A program made the translations under genes and the position numbers. Positions 1 through 12,450 of a stretch of DNA of 34,018 nt are shown here, one piece after another. The number at the start of each line of letters is the position of its first letter. Position 1 is the stretch's first letter. Source of the stretch: Octopus bimaculoides (lineage: Eukaryota); the NCBI RefSeq assembly GCF_001194135.2, contig NC_068985.1, positions 87,646,606-87,680,623 of the forward strand, given 5' to 3'. Under the pieces are notes generated by a model that saw nothing but the letters and a program-made list of their open reading frames with translations, ran no database searches and had not been told where the DNA came from.

Positions 1-202
1 CATATTCAGAGGCAGAAACCCATACGCATCTATATTGTTTTGTTTTTTCTTCATTTATTGGTCAATCTTGTCAAAATCAGGAGAAAGAGACTTCAAATAG
101 ATCATTCTGAATTAATACTATTAAGATTGTTCAATTAGATAAGAAATTTGGTGAGAACAGTGTTGTTGTTTTTTTATTTAATAATAAATATTGCAAACAT
201 AT

Positions 203-278
203 CACACACACACACACACACACTCACACACACACACACACATACATACACACAAACACACACACACACACACTCACT
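203..278. repeat. (CA)n microsatellite
   Basis: Directly visible. Confidence 0.95.
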
Positions 279-3200
279 CACCAGGAGAAATACAAAATAA
301 ATGTAATGCCAAATGGGAAGTAAAATTGCTCAAGAATAACATAATTGATCTGATATCTGCAAGTCTATACAGGAGGACATTTGTACTTTAAGAACAGAAC
401 AATGATATTTTTTTGTTTCTTTTCAGAAATTTTTCGTATGTTTTTTTTAAAAAAATGTGTGTTGTTTTTTTATTATCTTTGAAAATAAGATTTTCATTTT
501 GATCTTCTAATATATTTTCTTAAGTGTTGTACTGTGGGTATTAAAAGATTTGATCTTAAGCCAATAAAGCGGCCTTTGTGAAAGTATTGAACTTGCAAGA
601 AAAAGCAGCCAGGCCCCCTTAATGTCACGACCCTAATAAGTTCACTAATGAAGGACGTATTGACAATATAATGACTGATATTTAAGAATAAAGAAAGGTA
701 CAAGTAGTGAGGTCATGGCTGGAATGATATTTTATCACCGATCTGCTGGATCATATCTAATATATTCCAAACATCTAATTCATCATCAATGTTTTGGTAT
801 CTGCCTTTCCATATTTGCCTGATTTGGAGAGAGGTTTTGAGGTAGGTTTTGTATGAGTGGATGCTCTCCCTGCCACCAAACCTCAGCCGTTATAACCACA
901 CCAATGCATCTTTGCTCATTCAACTGCAGTACACTGAGGGTGAACCAATAACACAATAAAACTTCTCTGAAGCCATTCAACATTTCAGAGCATGCATCCT
1001 CATAAGGGAAGAAGATTAGCAGAGAAAACAGTAAACGTTTCAGAGAAACACAATAATTGCCCTCATTTCAGATTTCGAGACATTCAAATGAAGAACATGT
1101 TAGATAACGTAGTAGTTGGTAACATTTCATTTCAGTAGTTGAGGGATAACCCAATTATTGTTATTCTCCTGATTTTTTTTGTGTTTGTATGTGTGCAATT
1201 TTGCCCATTAGTTAGCCAACAATTGTTACTCTTGAGCTGTGTATGTTCAAGGCGCCCAGATGGAGGGTAAAATTAGACACAGAAGCCCAAGTCTGCGAGC
1301 GTTAATTTACGCTCCAAAATCATGCATAATGATGACAAAGTTATCTTCTTAAATTCAATAATTTTCAAATTACATTGAAATAAACAATGTAATTCAACAG
1401 AAATATAGTAAAAAAAAAAAGGGATAATTGATCTGAATTAAAACTTACCATTAAGATTTTATATTTATTTATGTTGCAAACACCAGCTTAATTATGACAA
1501 ATATATATATATGTTGTGGTTAATTGCAATACATTTCAAAATTAATGAAAATTAATCAAAGTCAAAGTAGGCTAAATTCCTTCCACAGAACCACATCAAA
1601 CAAATGTTAGAAGTCGATGGGGTTTAAAGTGCATTCTAGAGTCCCATTCAAATTGAGCTTCGCAATATCTGATGATGATTATATTGATAAGAAAGGTGAT
1701 GTCAGTAGTGTAGGTGGTGGTGTTAGCAATGGTTGTGGCGGTGGTGGTGGAGTGTGATGCTGCTGCTGCTACTGCTTCAGTTGATATCGCTGCTGATGAT
1801 GATATAATTTCCTGTCTTTATGAAATATGAAACGTGGCAGCTTCTAGATCACGAGCCGAAAAGTTTGTGTTTATAGTTGAAATGTCATTTGTGCCTAAAT
1901 TCGAAATCCCACGTCGTGTGAAAGTCAGGAAACCTGCGTGAGAAGATTAGTTTAAGCCTCGAGACGAAAGCAGCAATTTATTATAAACTGCATCACCAGT
2001 ATCACAGTCATCATCATTGTCGTCGTCGTCGTCATCGTCATCATCATCGTTGTCATCACCACCTTTGTTGTCATCATCATCATCATCAATTTACATATGG
2101 CACCCATGTTGGATTGGGTTAACATGGTCTAAATCAATTCTTATTTGAAGTTCATGCCCTCCAAGACAAGATCGAAAATTATGTATTGTTTTATGTTCCA
2201 CTTTTGGCATGATTCCTTCAGCTGCTTATTATGTTCTTCCTTACCACTAACCAATTAATTTGTTGCTCAAATATTCTCCTACAGATTCTTATGTACTTGA
2301 AATTTATTACTGGTCTTTAAAATGTTCCTATATCATTACATTATGTAGTTGTATAATTTGCTAAAAATAGCAACCAAATAACAACCCATGGAACATATTG
2401 AATAATGTACTTTCAGGAACATTATTCTCGAAAAAATATAAAAGTTCTGGAATAGACATGGCTTTAATAGCTTTCATTATAATGTTATTCAATTAATACA
2501 GACTTTTGGTTAAGCAACGACAGCAACCAAAATAGTCTTCGACATTCAATGGTTCTTTCCTTTGCAAATTCTAAAGTTTTGCATATTTATTCGTTTGTAA
2601 ATTGTCTTTGACAATTCTGTTTCTCTCTCTGATGGTTAATCTGCTGATATTTCTCAAATTGATTTCAGAGCTAATGAAAGTAACTTTTACAAAGAGCTTT
2701 TGAAACCAAACCACGCCAAAGTTTAAGTAAGGTGAGCAAAGAATTTTTAGTTTACAATGTAAATTTTTATATGTATCAACCATTTTAGCAGAAATATAAA
2801 AATCGGTTTTTCCAGAAGTAAGAGAATCTTTAGATCTGAATTTATAGTTGAAGTTGGCTTTTATTTTGGCAATCTGTGGTGAAACATCAGAGTTCATGTA
2901 AATTTTTTAAAGCTTTTTCTTCTACGTACTTGTTAACTCTTTTTAAATCTTGAACTACTAAAAATAATTTGGTCTATAACAAAAAAAAAGTAACAACTTC
3001 TTTTAAACCTGAACAAAACTTTTTTTTATTTTCAGAGAGATTTTGCCATCTCACTTCATCGATGATATTATTTTATAGCAGCTAGCAGGAGTTCTTGGAC
3101 AAAAAAAGAGCTGAAAGTTCATATACAAAGTAGTTTTAGTTGCGTTGCACAGAGTCATAAGAATAGTGAGTTGCATGTTATTTAAAGAGTCAGTCTAGAT

Positions 3201-3483
3201 TGAAGAAAGTGAACTTGTGAACTGTGTACCAATGAATGACAACACGGGTACCTCAACTGATCAACTACATTCAATATCTCTCTTGTTCTCCCTCTCACTT
3301 TCATTTTTTATCGTTGTTTTTCTTTCTCTCTTTCTCTTTATCTATTAGCTTATCTCTTCCATGGTTCTACTTCAATAGAATAATCCGGAACAGAAAGTCA
3401 CGATTTATATGGGATGTAATTTTATTTTGCTTGGCTTTTAGTATCTTATTCTTTTAAAACCATTTTAATTGTTTAAGCCATCA

Positions 3484-3830
3484 GACTATGGCAATGCTGG
3501 GGCACCAGCTTAAGGAATTTTAGTTCAATGAGTGAAACCTAGTACTTATTTTTCTAAAGCTTGGTACTTATTCTATTGGTCTCATTTGATGAACTGCTAT
3601 GTTGCAGGGGAATAAACACACCAAAATCGATCGACAAATGTTGTAGTGGGGGACAAACACAGAAACAACACACACACACACATATATACACATATATATT
3701 TACATGATTCTTTCATTTTTCCGTCTACAAACTCCACTCATCAGGCTTTGATTGGCTCGATGTTATACTAGAATACACTGGCTCAAGGAGTTCTGCTGTG
3801 GGACTGACCGTGGAATCACACGGCCATGCC
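3484..3830 (-). mobile_element. SINE family A, diverged, minus strand
   Basis: Colinear with the reverse complement of 33273-33678: GACTATGGCAATGCTGGGGCACC...GTACTTATTCTATTGGTCTC...TCCGTCTACAAACTCCACTCATCAGGCTTTG...GTGGGACTGA. Confidence 0.75.
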
Positions 3831-3894
3831 TAAGCCTAAAATGTTAGTTTCTTGCAGTGTTACACATCTGATATTTTTAGAGTTTAAGAAGAAT

Positions 3895-4135
3895 GGATCA
3901 TGGAACGGAGAAAAATGTGGATGTGGTTGGCAGTATGTGTGTAAAAAAAGATGCCCAACCAAGCTGAAAGAAACACTAGTCATAAAACAAAGGAGTTATG
4001 ATGTCAATGAGAAAATGATAGCTTTAAAATGTTTTGAGAGATTGAAGTAGAAGAAATGAGTCAAACATGGAGAGTAAGAAATATCTGGGAAGAAATGGTG
4101 AAAGATGATGTTAGGGCCGAATTCCTTAAAGGTGA
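3895..4135 (+). mobile_element. Highly degraded RTE-like LINE C-terminal remnant
   Basis: MERRKMWMW...EIEVEEMSQTWRVRNIWEEMVKDDV is weakly similar to RTE LERNE..MLRWM...VEG...RGRPRKTW.EVVK.DL. Confidence 0.4.
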
Positions 4136-4557
4136 TTACAACAGATCTCAACATGTGTGGAGACGCTGAAGAGAATAAAACTCATCCATCTCATGTAAGA
4201 AAGGAGGGGCTGGTTTAAGAATGACGATGACGAATACAAGATGGCAATGAAAGAGACAAAACAACAACGACGACGATAAGATGAAGACAACGAGAATGAC
4301 AACGACAATGATGGTGATGATAACTCTACCTTTTTTACTATTCAAAGAGTATCTGCTATTTATTGATGTAAATAAAGTGAAGTAAACATTTCAGAATCAA
4401 ATTTCTTTCTGAAATAAGCAATGAGGTCCATGAGTGAGAGTTAGTTTGAAAATGAAATGAAGAAGGTTTATGAAAAGATACAGTTCAATATCTTATCCAT
4501 GTTACCACTTAACTCGGTTAATAGTGAACTGAGGGGTAAGATTTTATGACCAGCCTT

Positions 4558-4785
4558 AAAGGATTAAGCAGACTAAGCTGGAAAGATAGGTTGATGGATA
4601 CTGCAGTATTAGATATACTGTAAGTCTACGGACACTTATTGTGGAATTCCAAGTCAACAAAATATTTTGGACACACAATGCACCACGTGTCATTGACTCG
4701 AAACTGTCCAGACAGAAGAATGGACGGGAAGTGGGCAAGATACTGTCAAAAACGTTTCTGGACGAGGAAACTGGTGAATTTTGGC
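4558..4785 (+). mobile_element. RTE-clade LINE C-terminal remnant
   Basis: KGLSRLSWKDRLMDTAVLDIL*...KSTKYFGHTMHHVSL...RMDGKWARYCQKRFW resembles the RTE pattern RISW.DR..NEEVL...KYFGHIMR..SL....EGKR.RGRQR..W. Confidence 0.65.
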
Positions 4786-4918
4786 AAGTTGAACCCGGGT
4801 CACAGGGATTGCATCTGGCTTGCTGGCTTGTTGGCTGGTTGGTATTTCTTGGAGGTATTAGTTATGTAAATGAAGCCCTCTGAAAGAGCAACACACAGAA
4901 ATTGAAATTATCTAAAAG

Positions 4919-5021
<103 letters not shown>

Positions 5022-5229
5022 TTACAAATGCAGAAGAAAGAAAGATTTAAGTCAGTGTATTTGCAGTACTCTTGCTTTGGAAGTAACCTTTTGTTCATCG
5101 ATGTACCTTCAGGGAGAAATGATTTAATGTTGTTCAGGTGGAAAGTAGTTATTTTTTTTATTTAATTTCAATTTATTTATTTTCTTTCTTTTAAGTAGAC
5201 TAAATTAAATAAAATTTCACAAAAAATAA

Positions 5230-5347
5230 ATTAATAACAACAACAACAACAACACTAATCATAGCAATAACAATAACAACAATAATAATAATAATAATAA
5301 TAACAACAACAACAGCAACAATAATAATAATAATAATAATAATAGTA

Positions 5348-5408
<61 letters not shown>

Positions 5409-5410
5409 TA
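5230..5410. repeat. Compound (AAC)n/(AAT)n microsatellite
   Basis: Directly visible. Confidence 0.95.
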
Positions 5411-6327
5411 AACACCGCTACCACTTCCAGTAATAATGATGATGGTGACGATAATTATAATAGATTTGAAACTCACGTAAATGACTATATATGGAAGTTT
5501 AGCTCATGCATTACTCTGTAAGAGCAAAAGTAAAAATATATAATAAAATGTAAAATGCTACAAGAAAACAAGAAAAAAGAAAGACTCCCAAAACATTATT
5601 CCATACTAATGTGTAACAGAATAAGATTTTGCTTCCTGGTTTTGGCTTTTATCATTATTTTTTATTCTGACTTTCCATTTCTTTGATTATTGCTGTAAGG
5701 GATTAGTAACATAAAAAAAGTTAGATAAAGACAAGAAAAAAAAAAATGCAAACACGTGTTGATTGTTCATCATATTCTTCAGTGATTTGCGAGATGGAGT
5801 TCGTTTTGTGGTATTCAGTTTTTGTATTTCTTTTTCGAATATTCTCACTCATCTATTTATTCCCCAAGAATTCTGTCTGAAAACAAACAAATAAGTAAAT
5901 AAATAAATGCATAGATTAATGAAAGAATGAATAAGTAAGTCAGAATGAGAAAAGCAATGTTTCTTAAAGTGTTGAAAAGCGAATGACTTGTTTCAACAGG
6001 AGAAGCAGAGTGGCTGGCAGGGGACCAGCGGAGGAAAGCAACCGCACGAAAGTCAATAAAATATATAAAAAAGAGAAACACCCACACAAAGATATCAATA
6101 AACTATATGAAGAAATAAGAAAAAAAATATTCAAGCGAAATATTTATTAACAAAAATAATAATTAAAAATAAACATATTACTAACCCTTTATTTTAAATT
6201 TTATTCCATTTAAAAATAATTCGTCTTTTTTGTAGATAGGAAAAGACAAGACTTATAAAGATCCGACAAAATATTCCTGTTGTCGTATTCTTCCCTCTGC
6301 TTAATGGTTTCTAATATATTGGCATAA

Positions 6328-6646
6328 GGCGGCGAGTTGGCAGAAACGTTAGCACGCCGGGCGAAATGCTTAGCGGTATTTCGTCTGCCACTGCGTTCTG
6401 AGTTCAAATTCAGCCGAGGTCGACTTTGCGTTTCATCCGTTCGGGGTCGATAAATTAAGTGCCAGTTACGCACTGGGGTCGATATAATCGACTTAATCCC
6501 TTTGTCTGTCCTTGTTTGTCCCCTCTGTGTGTAGCCCCTTGTGGGCAGTAAAGAAATAGGTATTTCGTTTGCCGTTACGTTCTGAGTTCAAATTCCGCCG
6601 AGGTCGACTTTGCCTTTCATCCTCTCAGGGTCGATAAATTAAGTAC
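6328..6646 (+). mobile_element. tRNA-derived SINE family B with tandem partial second unit
   Basis: GGCGGCGAGTTGGCAGAAACGTTAGCACGCCGGGCGAAATGC..., a B-box-like GAGTTCAAATTC (6400-6411), and a central GCCGAGGTCGACTTTGC.TTTCATCC.T.GGGGTCGATAAATTAAGT. 6375-6462 is repeated at 6559-6646. Confidence 0.85.
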
Positions 6647-6869
6647 ATCTCCGTAATGTGTAATTAAAGTTAATACTCTCTGAATCACTAATTTATGTTT
6701 TCCACGGTGCAATCGCTTTAGTTTCAACGCATGATCTCAAAACGAAATACTTGCTATGCAAGAGCATCTCCGTTCTAAATAGTTTGGATTTACAGAAAAC
6801 GAAAGACGAAGAGAGATGAAGAATCAACAAGCATGTGTATCTGTTTGAAGCTCGGGAAGAACGGAAAAT

Positions 6870-6907
6870 CCTTTGACGTTTCGAGCCTACGTTCTTCAAC
6901 AGAAAGG
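6870..6907 (-). ncRNA. Second minimal hammerhead-like motif (variant core) in a probable PLE terminal remnant
   Basis: Minus strand reads CCUUU-CUGUUGA-A-GAAC(GUAG)GCUC-GAAAC-GU-C-AAAGG. Stem I is 5 bp, the GUC triplet and ACGU palindrome are present, the core has A6 to U, and stem II has one mismatch. A pyrimidine-rich tract precedes it (about 6910-7090, minus strand). Confidence 0.45.
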
Positions 6908-7379
6908 TCTGAGAAGGAAAAACATGGAGAGCGAACGAAAAAACACGGAGAGAGGGGAAAATGTGTAGGGGGGGGGGAGGTGGATGTGTAGGTAACTACA
7001 CTGAGTGAGAAAAGTGTGACAGATGATTAGAGACAGGGAATGAGTTGGATGCAGAGGGTGTCAAGGAAAATGGGTGGAAAATAAGCGTTAGAATATGAGT
7101 TGTGAGGGAGGGCCGGACAGAACCTCAATTCTGTTGAGATGGCTGGGGTCTTCTCATGTGGAGAATATATACTGCCATTCATCTCAGTCACCCGTCATCC
7201 ACTCTAAGTGGTTCAACATCGTAAGCTTAAAATTCCATCCCACCCCTCCCTATCTCTTCCTCTTTCACAGACTTTTACCGTGTGTAATGAAGACCATTCC
7301 TTTATATAGCTGTCCTTATCTATCTGCATCACAGGGTTACACCAGTGGGATCTTCTCTCCTGCACAATTATATTGCAAA

Positions 7380-7524
7380 ATTTCTTTCGATTTCCATCTC
7401 ACAAATCTTTTAGTTGGATCAAGACTGTAGTTGAAGGCACTCGACTAACGTGTTACGCAGTGGAACTGAACCTGAAACGACGTGACTGGGAGGAGTACAT
7501 TTAACCACACGAGCATACCTGCCC
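7380..7524 (-). mobile_element. SINE family A 5' fragment, diverged
   Basis: CGCAGTGGAACTGAACC...TTAACCACAC is similar to the reverse complement of the family A head. Confidence 0.55.
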
Positions 7525-8039
7525 AATGACTAACAATCATGTCATGTAAGAATATATACATGCATATATCTGTATATATATTTACAATGGCTTTATACTG
7601 TATAGGCTATATACAGTAAGAATAATGACGGTATATAGCCTATAATAATGTAATTTATCATTATAGGTCATTAATTTCCAATATTATAAAACTAAAATAG
7701 ATTTTTTTTCAAGTATTGACTCATCTAATTACAAAGCAGAAAGCTTGCTAAAGACTTAAATACGTCTCCCAATTGAGAGACATAAAACTTCATTCTTCTA
7801 AAATCTTGAAATAGAATATATCTGCTTTGAACTCTTCCCACACATGGAAATAAAAATAATTTCTTCTAAGACTACTGCTGTATTTCCAACATTTAACCAT
7901 TTTGCTGTTTAATTAGTTTCCATATTTCTAGAATTCCAAACACAGAAATCTATCTTGAAATACATGTTAACATATCTCACTGCTAACCAATCGGGTCTAC
8001 CATAATTTATACTACATATGATAACATTCATACGCACAG

Positions 8040-8081
8040 ACATACACACACACAAAGATACATACATACAAACACACACAC

Positions 8082-8123
<42 letters not shown>

Positions 8124-8132
8124 ACACGGACA

Positions 8133-8211
<79 letters not shown>

Positions 8212-8445
8212 GTATATGTGTGCAATTATCAATATATATGTATAATTATTTATATGAACACATACATATATAATTACATGCATACATGTATACATATATA
8301 CATTCATACATCCATAGATACATATATATATATATTTATATATTTATATATTTGCATGCATACATACATTCATACACATACACACACACATATTTATGAA
8401 AATACAGACGTGCTTATGTCTATATAAGCGCATGTGTGTTTCTTG

Positions 8446-8501
<56 letters not shown>

Positions 8502-8545
8502 TCTGTGTTTGTAGGTGGGTGGATGTGTGTGTGTTTGTGTGTGGG
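8040..8545. repeat. Compound (CA)/(TA)/(TATG)/(TG) microsatellite field
   Basis: Directly visible. Confidence 0.95.
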
Positions 8546-8906
8546 TGATTTTGCATCTGAAATATGACTGCATATGACTAATATATTTCCAGCATTTACG
8601 GTATAATTAGATACAATATTTCAAGAATTCTGAACTCGATAACTTTTCCTAAAATACAACAATTTAAACATCTCTCACTGCAATCAATTGGACCTTAAAT
8701 AATGTTAGTCCAATACAAGCCAGTAGGAGGGAGGGGACAATAAGGGAGATGATGATAAAGTTAGATATATGCCTACATGTTTGTGCGTGTGTATGTGTGT
8801 GGTGTGTGTGTATTAGTGTTTATCCATCATCGATACATATGTATATTTTAACATTTCGCTTTGGCATCTGAGACTAATAATATGGTGTAGAATTAAATAT
8901 ACGTAT

Positions 8907-9016
<110 letters not shown>

Positions 9017-9334
9017 NNNNNNNNNNNNNNNNNNNNNNNNNNNNNNNNNNNNNNNNNNNNNNNNNNNNNNNNNNNNNNNNNNNNNNNNNNNNNNNNNNNN
9101 NNNNNNNNNNNNNNNNNNNNNNNNNNNNNNNNNNNNNNNNNNNNNNNNNNNNNNNNNNNNNNNNNNNNNNNNNNNNNNNNNNNNNNNNNNNNNNNNNNNN
9201 NNNNNNNNNNNNNNNNNNNNNNNNNNNNNNNNNNNNNNNNNNNNNNNNNNNNNNNNNNNNNNNNNNNNNNNNNNNNNNNNNNNNNNNNNNNNNNNNNNNN
9301 NNNNNNNNNNNNNNNNNNNNNNNNNNNNNNNNNN

Positions 9335-9597
9335 CGGAAACTGAAAGAAACCCGTCGTATATATGTATATATATATATATATGTATGTGTGTGTATATGT
9401 TTGTGTCTGTGTCCCCCCAACATCGCTTGACAACCGATGCTGGTGTGTTTACGTCCCCTGTAACTTAGAAGTTCGGCTAAAGAGACCGATAGAATAAGTA
9501 CTAGGCTTACAAAGAATAAGTCCTGGGGTCGATTTGCTCGACTAAAGGCGGTGCTCCAGCATGGCCGCAGTCAAATGACTGAAACAAGTAAAAGAGT
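9335..9597 (+). mobile_element. SINE family A, 3' portion (5' part lies in the N gap)
   Basis: CGGAAACTGAAAGAAACCCGTCG, an internal microsatellite, then CATCGCTTGACAACCGATGCTGGTG...GGTGCTCCAGCATGGCCGCAGTCAAATGACTGAAACAAGTAAAAGAG; colinear with 33405-33678. Confidence 0.9.
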
Positions 9598-9753
9598 ATA
9601 CATATATAGACTCAGACAAATATATTGATAGACAAGTAGATAGGTAGATAGATTGAGGTACGTAGATACCCTTTTTCTTTTACTGCTTCCTGTCAATGGA
9701 TTCTGGCTAAGCTGGAGCACCAACTTATTTTTATTTTTGTGTATTTGATTGTT

Positions 9754-10412
9754 TGTTGCCAACTTAATGTGGCAGTCCCAGGAAAGAGAGGAATACTACT
9801 GCTATTTAACCCCCAAGAAACACCATTTCTCGGTGGCTACGTGACACAAGCCTTCTGTGTCCTTAAGTTTTCAAAGTGGAGATAATCACCTGTTTGATAA
9901 GCAGCTGTTTGAACACTTAAGGACGTAGAAAGCTTGTGTCACGTAGCCACCAAAAAATGGTGTTTCTTGGGGCTAAATAGCTGCAGCGTTCTTCCCTTTC
10001 CAACAAGCCATCACTTCCTCGTGCTGCTACTCTCTGCAAGATTTAGAAATGCAATATTTCTTATTTTGTAGATCAATGAATTTATTTCACTTGAAATTCT
10101 ATAAGGTTTCAAAGGCAAATAAGCATCGACATCTTACAAGCCAAGCTACTCCAGACTGACGAAGAGCAATAACCCGGAACCTATTCTCTGGATGCTGGCT
10201 TTGCTGGGTGGAGATTCTTATCTCCCCTGTTTGAAAATTTATGTACACAGAACGCTTGTGTCACATAGCCAACTGGAAACGGTGTTTCCTGGGGCTAAAT
10301 AGCCGTAACACTCTTCCTTTTCTGGGACTGCCACATTAAGTTGGCAACATACCATCACTTTATTGTGCTGCTACTGTATAAATCTCTCTGAGAGGTTTAG
10401 AAATGCAATATT
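9754..10412. repeat. Three-unit inverted/direct repeat (MITE-like foldback)
   Basis: 9754-9781 is the exact reverse complement of 10322-10349 (28 bp). Unit A (9754-9875) is inverted relative to B (9908-10060) and C (10230-10412). B and C are direct repeats that share a tail ending TTTAGAAATGCAATATTTC. Confidence 0.85.
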
Positions 10413-10551
10413 TCTAATTTCATGTATTTGTTCAACACCTGTTTTTCATGCAGCCACATCTTATCTTATATTTAGTGTTAACATGATATTGTTCATCAAA
10501 TTTTTTCATAATTTTCAACTAAATTGTAGATTATTCACAGTTGTAATTTAA

Positions 10552-10564
10552 CTCTCTCTCTCTT

Positions 10565-10598
<34 letters not shown>

Positions 10599-10630
10599 CC
10601 CCTCTCTCTCTCTCTCTCTCTTTCTCTCTT
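10552..10630. repeat. (CT)n microsatellite
   Basis: Directly visible. Confidence 0.9.
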
Positions 10631-10824
10631 TGTCTTTTTGTACGCACACACGCACGCATATAGTCACAACTATTTACAGGCATTCCTTGTAGCCTCTCTA
10701 ACAAAAAGAAAAACCGGCTCTGCTTTCGATGATTCTCCTATATTTTAACCCCCTCATCTCTTAGCTCAAAGTCACTCCTCTCTGGGTTTGTAGACGTGCA
10801 AGCTGAATGGCAATTCACTAATGA

Positions 10825-11190
10825 TGGTGCCATGGAAAAGATGCACCCAGTAGATGGTGTAAATTAGTTGGCATTAGGAAAGCTCCAATCACAGAAACCG
10901 TGTCAAATTAGACAGGAGAACTATCAGATCCTGTAAAACTGTTCAAAGCCTGCCACCGTAGAACATGGACATTAAATGTGCTACTGACGTTTATAGACCA
11001 AGGAAGACTTTTCTTCCAGCTGAGTAACAACACACATTCTGTGTCCAATTAGTATTTGCGAGGGGAGGTCATCAAACCGACCAACCCGTGCTAGCATAGA
11101 AAATGGACGTTAAATGATGATAATAATGACGATGATGATGATGATGATGATGATGATGACAACGACGACGACGACGACGACGACAACGAC
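10825..11190 (+). mobile_element. Retroposon 3' ends with (GAT/GAC)n tail, two degenerate units
   Basis: GGTGCCATGGAAAAGATGCACCCAG...GTTGGCATTAGGAA...GGACATTAAATG and AAACCGACCAACCCGTGCTAGCATAGAAAATGGACGTTAAATGATGAT. Related minus-strand remnants appear near 781-900, 2075-2170 and 24225-24290. Confidence 0.55.
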
Positions 11191-11874
11191 GTTGACGTTA
11201 TACTTGAGATGCTGCGCAATCGTGTTTAGAGGAGGAGATAGTATATCCAGATGTGGGGTTTTAGTTTTACCATTATCGATATAGAGGAATGTATGTCTAA
11301 TGGTTTTGAGTGTTTTTATAAAAAATCTAATCTAACCTTAGCTATCTTAAACCATCATTATGATGATAGGCTATTTGGGAAATTTAAAGTATTCTGTTTT
11401 ATAAAAATACGCAGTGTATTCATTCTTTATGTCTCTGTCAACAGCATTTTATTCTTTAACAAACTGCTGAAGTTTTAGATCTTAATTTAAGACCGAGAAC
11501 TATATTTCAAAATATATTTTGTTTTTATTATATTAAAAGATGGAATCTGAAGGATGCGTAAATGAATATTCTATCTTGCCAAAAATACATTTTTCTTAAT
11601 TACTTTTTGTGCATATATTTGATATTTGAAGCGGGATTGATACTGCCATTTTAAAATTATGGACTAATTTAGTCGAAACCAGAAAACGGCCTCATTGTGG
11701 CATTTATTCCATTCATCAGAATTTTTTTATCACTACTTTTTGTTGCTTAGTGAATTCTGTGCATTTATTATGAAAAAATAAATTCCATCTGTAGTTATTG
11801 CAACATCTCTCTTTTATAGTAAACTTTTATTTAACCTTATTAATAACAATACGTGATGAAAAATTGAAATACAA

Positions 11875-12450
11875 ATGTTGAGAGCAGTATAAAAATGATT
11901 GGAAATGTCATCTTAAACGACTCTATGGAATGTGTAAATGTTGCAAGTGTGTAAATCTGTTCTAAAAGATCATGAGAAATCTGTAAACCATGAAAGAATG
12001 CTAACATTTCTGCAAACACAAATTTAATTAAAAACATATTTACAGAAGCTAATACCCCAAAATATAGAAGTGGAAATATTTGAAATTAATATGGTGTACA
12101 AACAACAATTCACTGCTATATTTTCGTAATGGATCATCAGAATTGATCAAATAAACTCCACAGTAAAGGGAGTAGAGTTGAAAAAGGTTAAATTCCATCG
12201 AACTAAATGCATGAGTTTAATACAGAATGTTACTATTCCGATTTTGCGTATGGAGTTAGTTGCCGATTTAAAAAATGTGAAATGTTTATTATTAATTGAC
12301 AAATAGGCATTACAAAACAAAAAAGGTTTGTGTATGAGGTATTTTTGTTAAAGCATCAAATATGATAAATATACTTTTAGAAATGATTTCTGTTGTATCA
12401 ATACATTTTTATTAAAAATCATTGAATTGGACATTGATTATTTGGGTTCA
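11875..12450 (+). mobile_element. Degraded hAT-superfamily transposase fragment (BED-type zinc finger and N-terminal region)
   Basis: EQYKNDWK...CKCC...KSVLKDHEKSVNH, then FHRTKCMSLIQNVTIPILRMELVADLKNVKCLLLIDK*...LCMRYF. This resembles the hAT pattern LHRTKC..LIKNV....L..DL....YSLIIDESTD...LC..VRYF. Internal stops are present. Confidence 0.7.

Noticed and set aside
4641-4883. ORF EFQVNKIFWTHNAPRVIDSK...DEETGEFW as a host exon
   Set aside because: The overlapping frame gives the RTE motif YFGHTM...GKWAR, which explains the segment.
9754-10412. CRISPR-like repeat-spacer array
   Set aside because: Only three long degenerate units, one of them inverted; no regular spacers; eukaryotic context.
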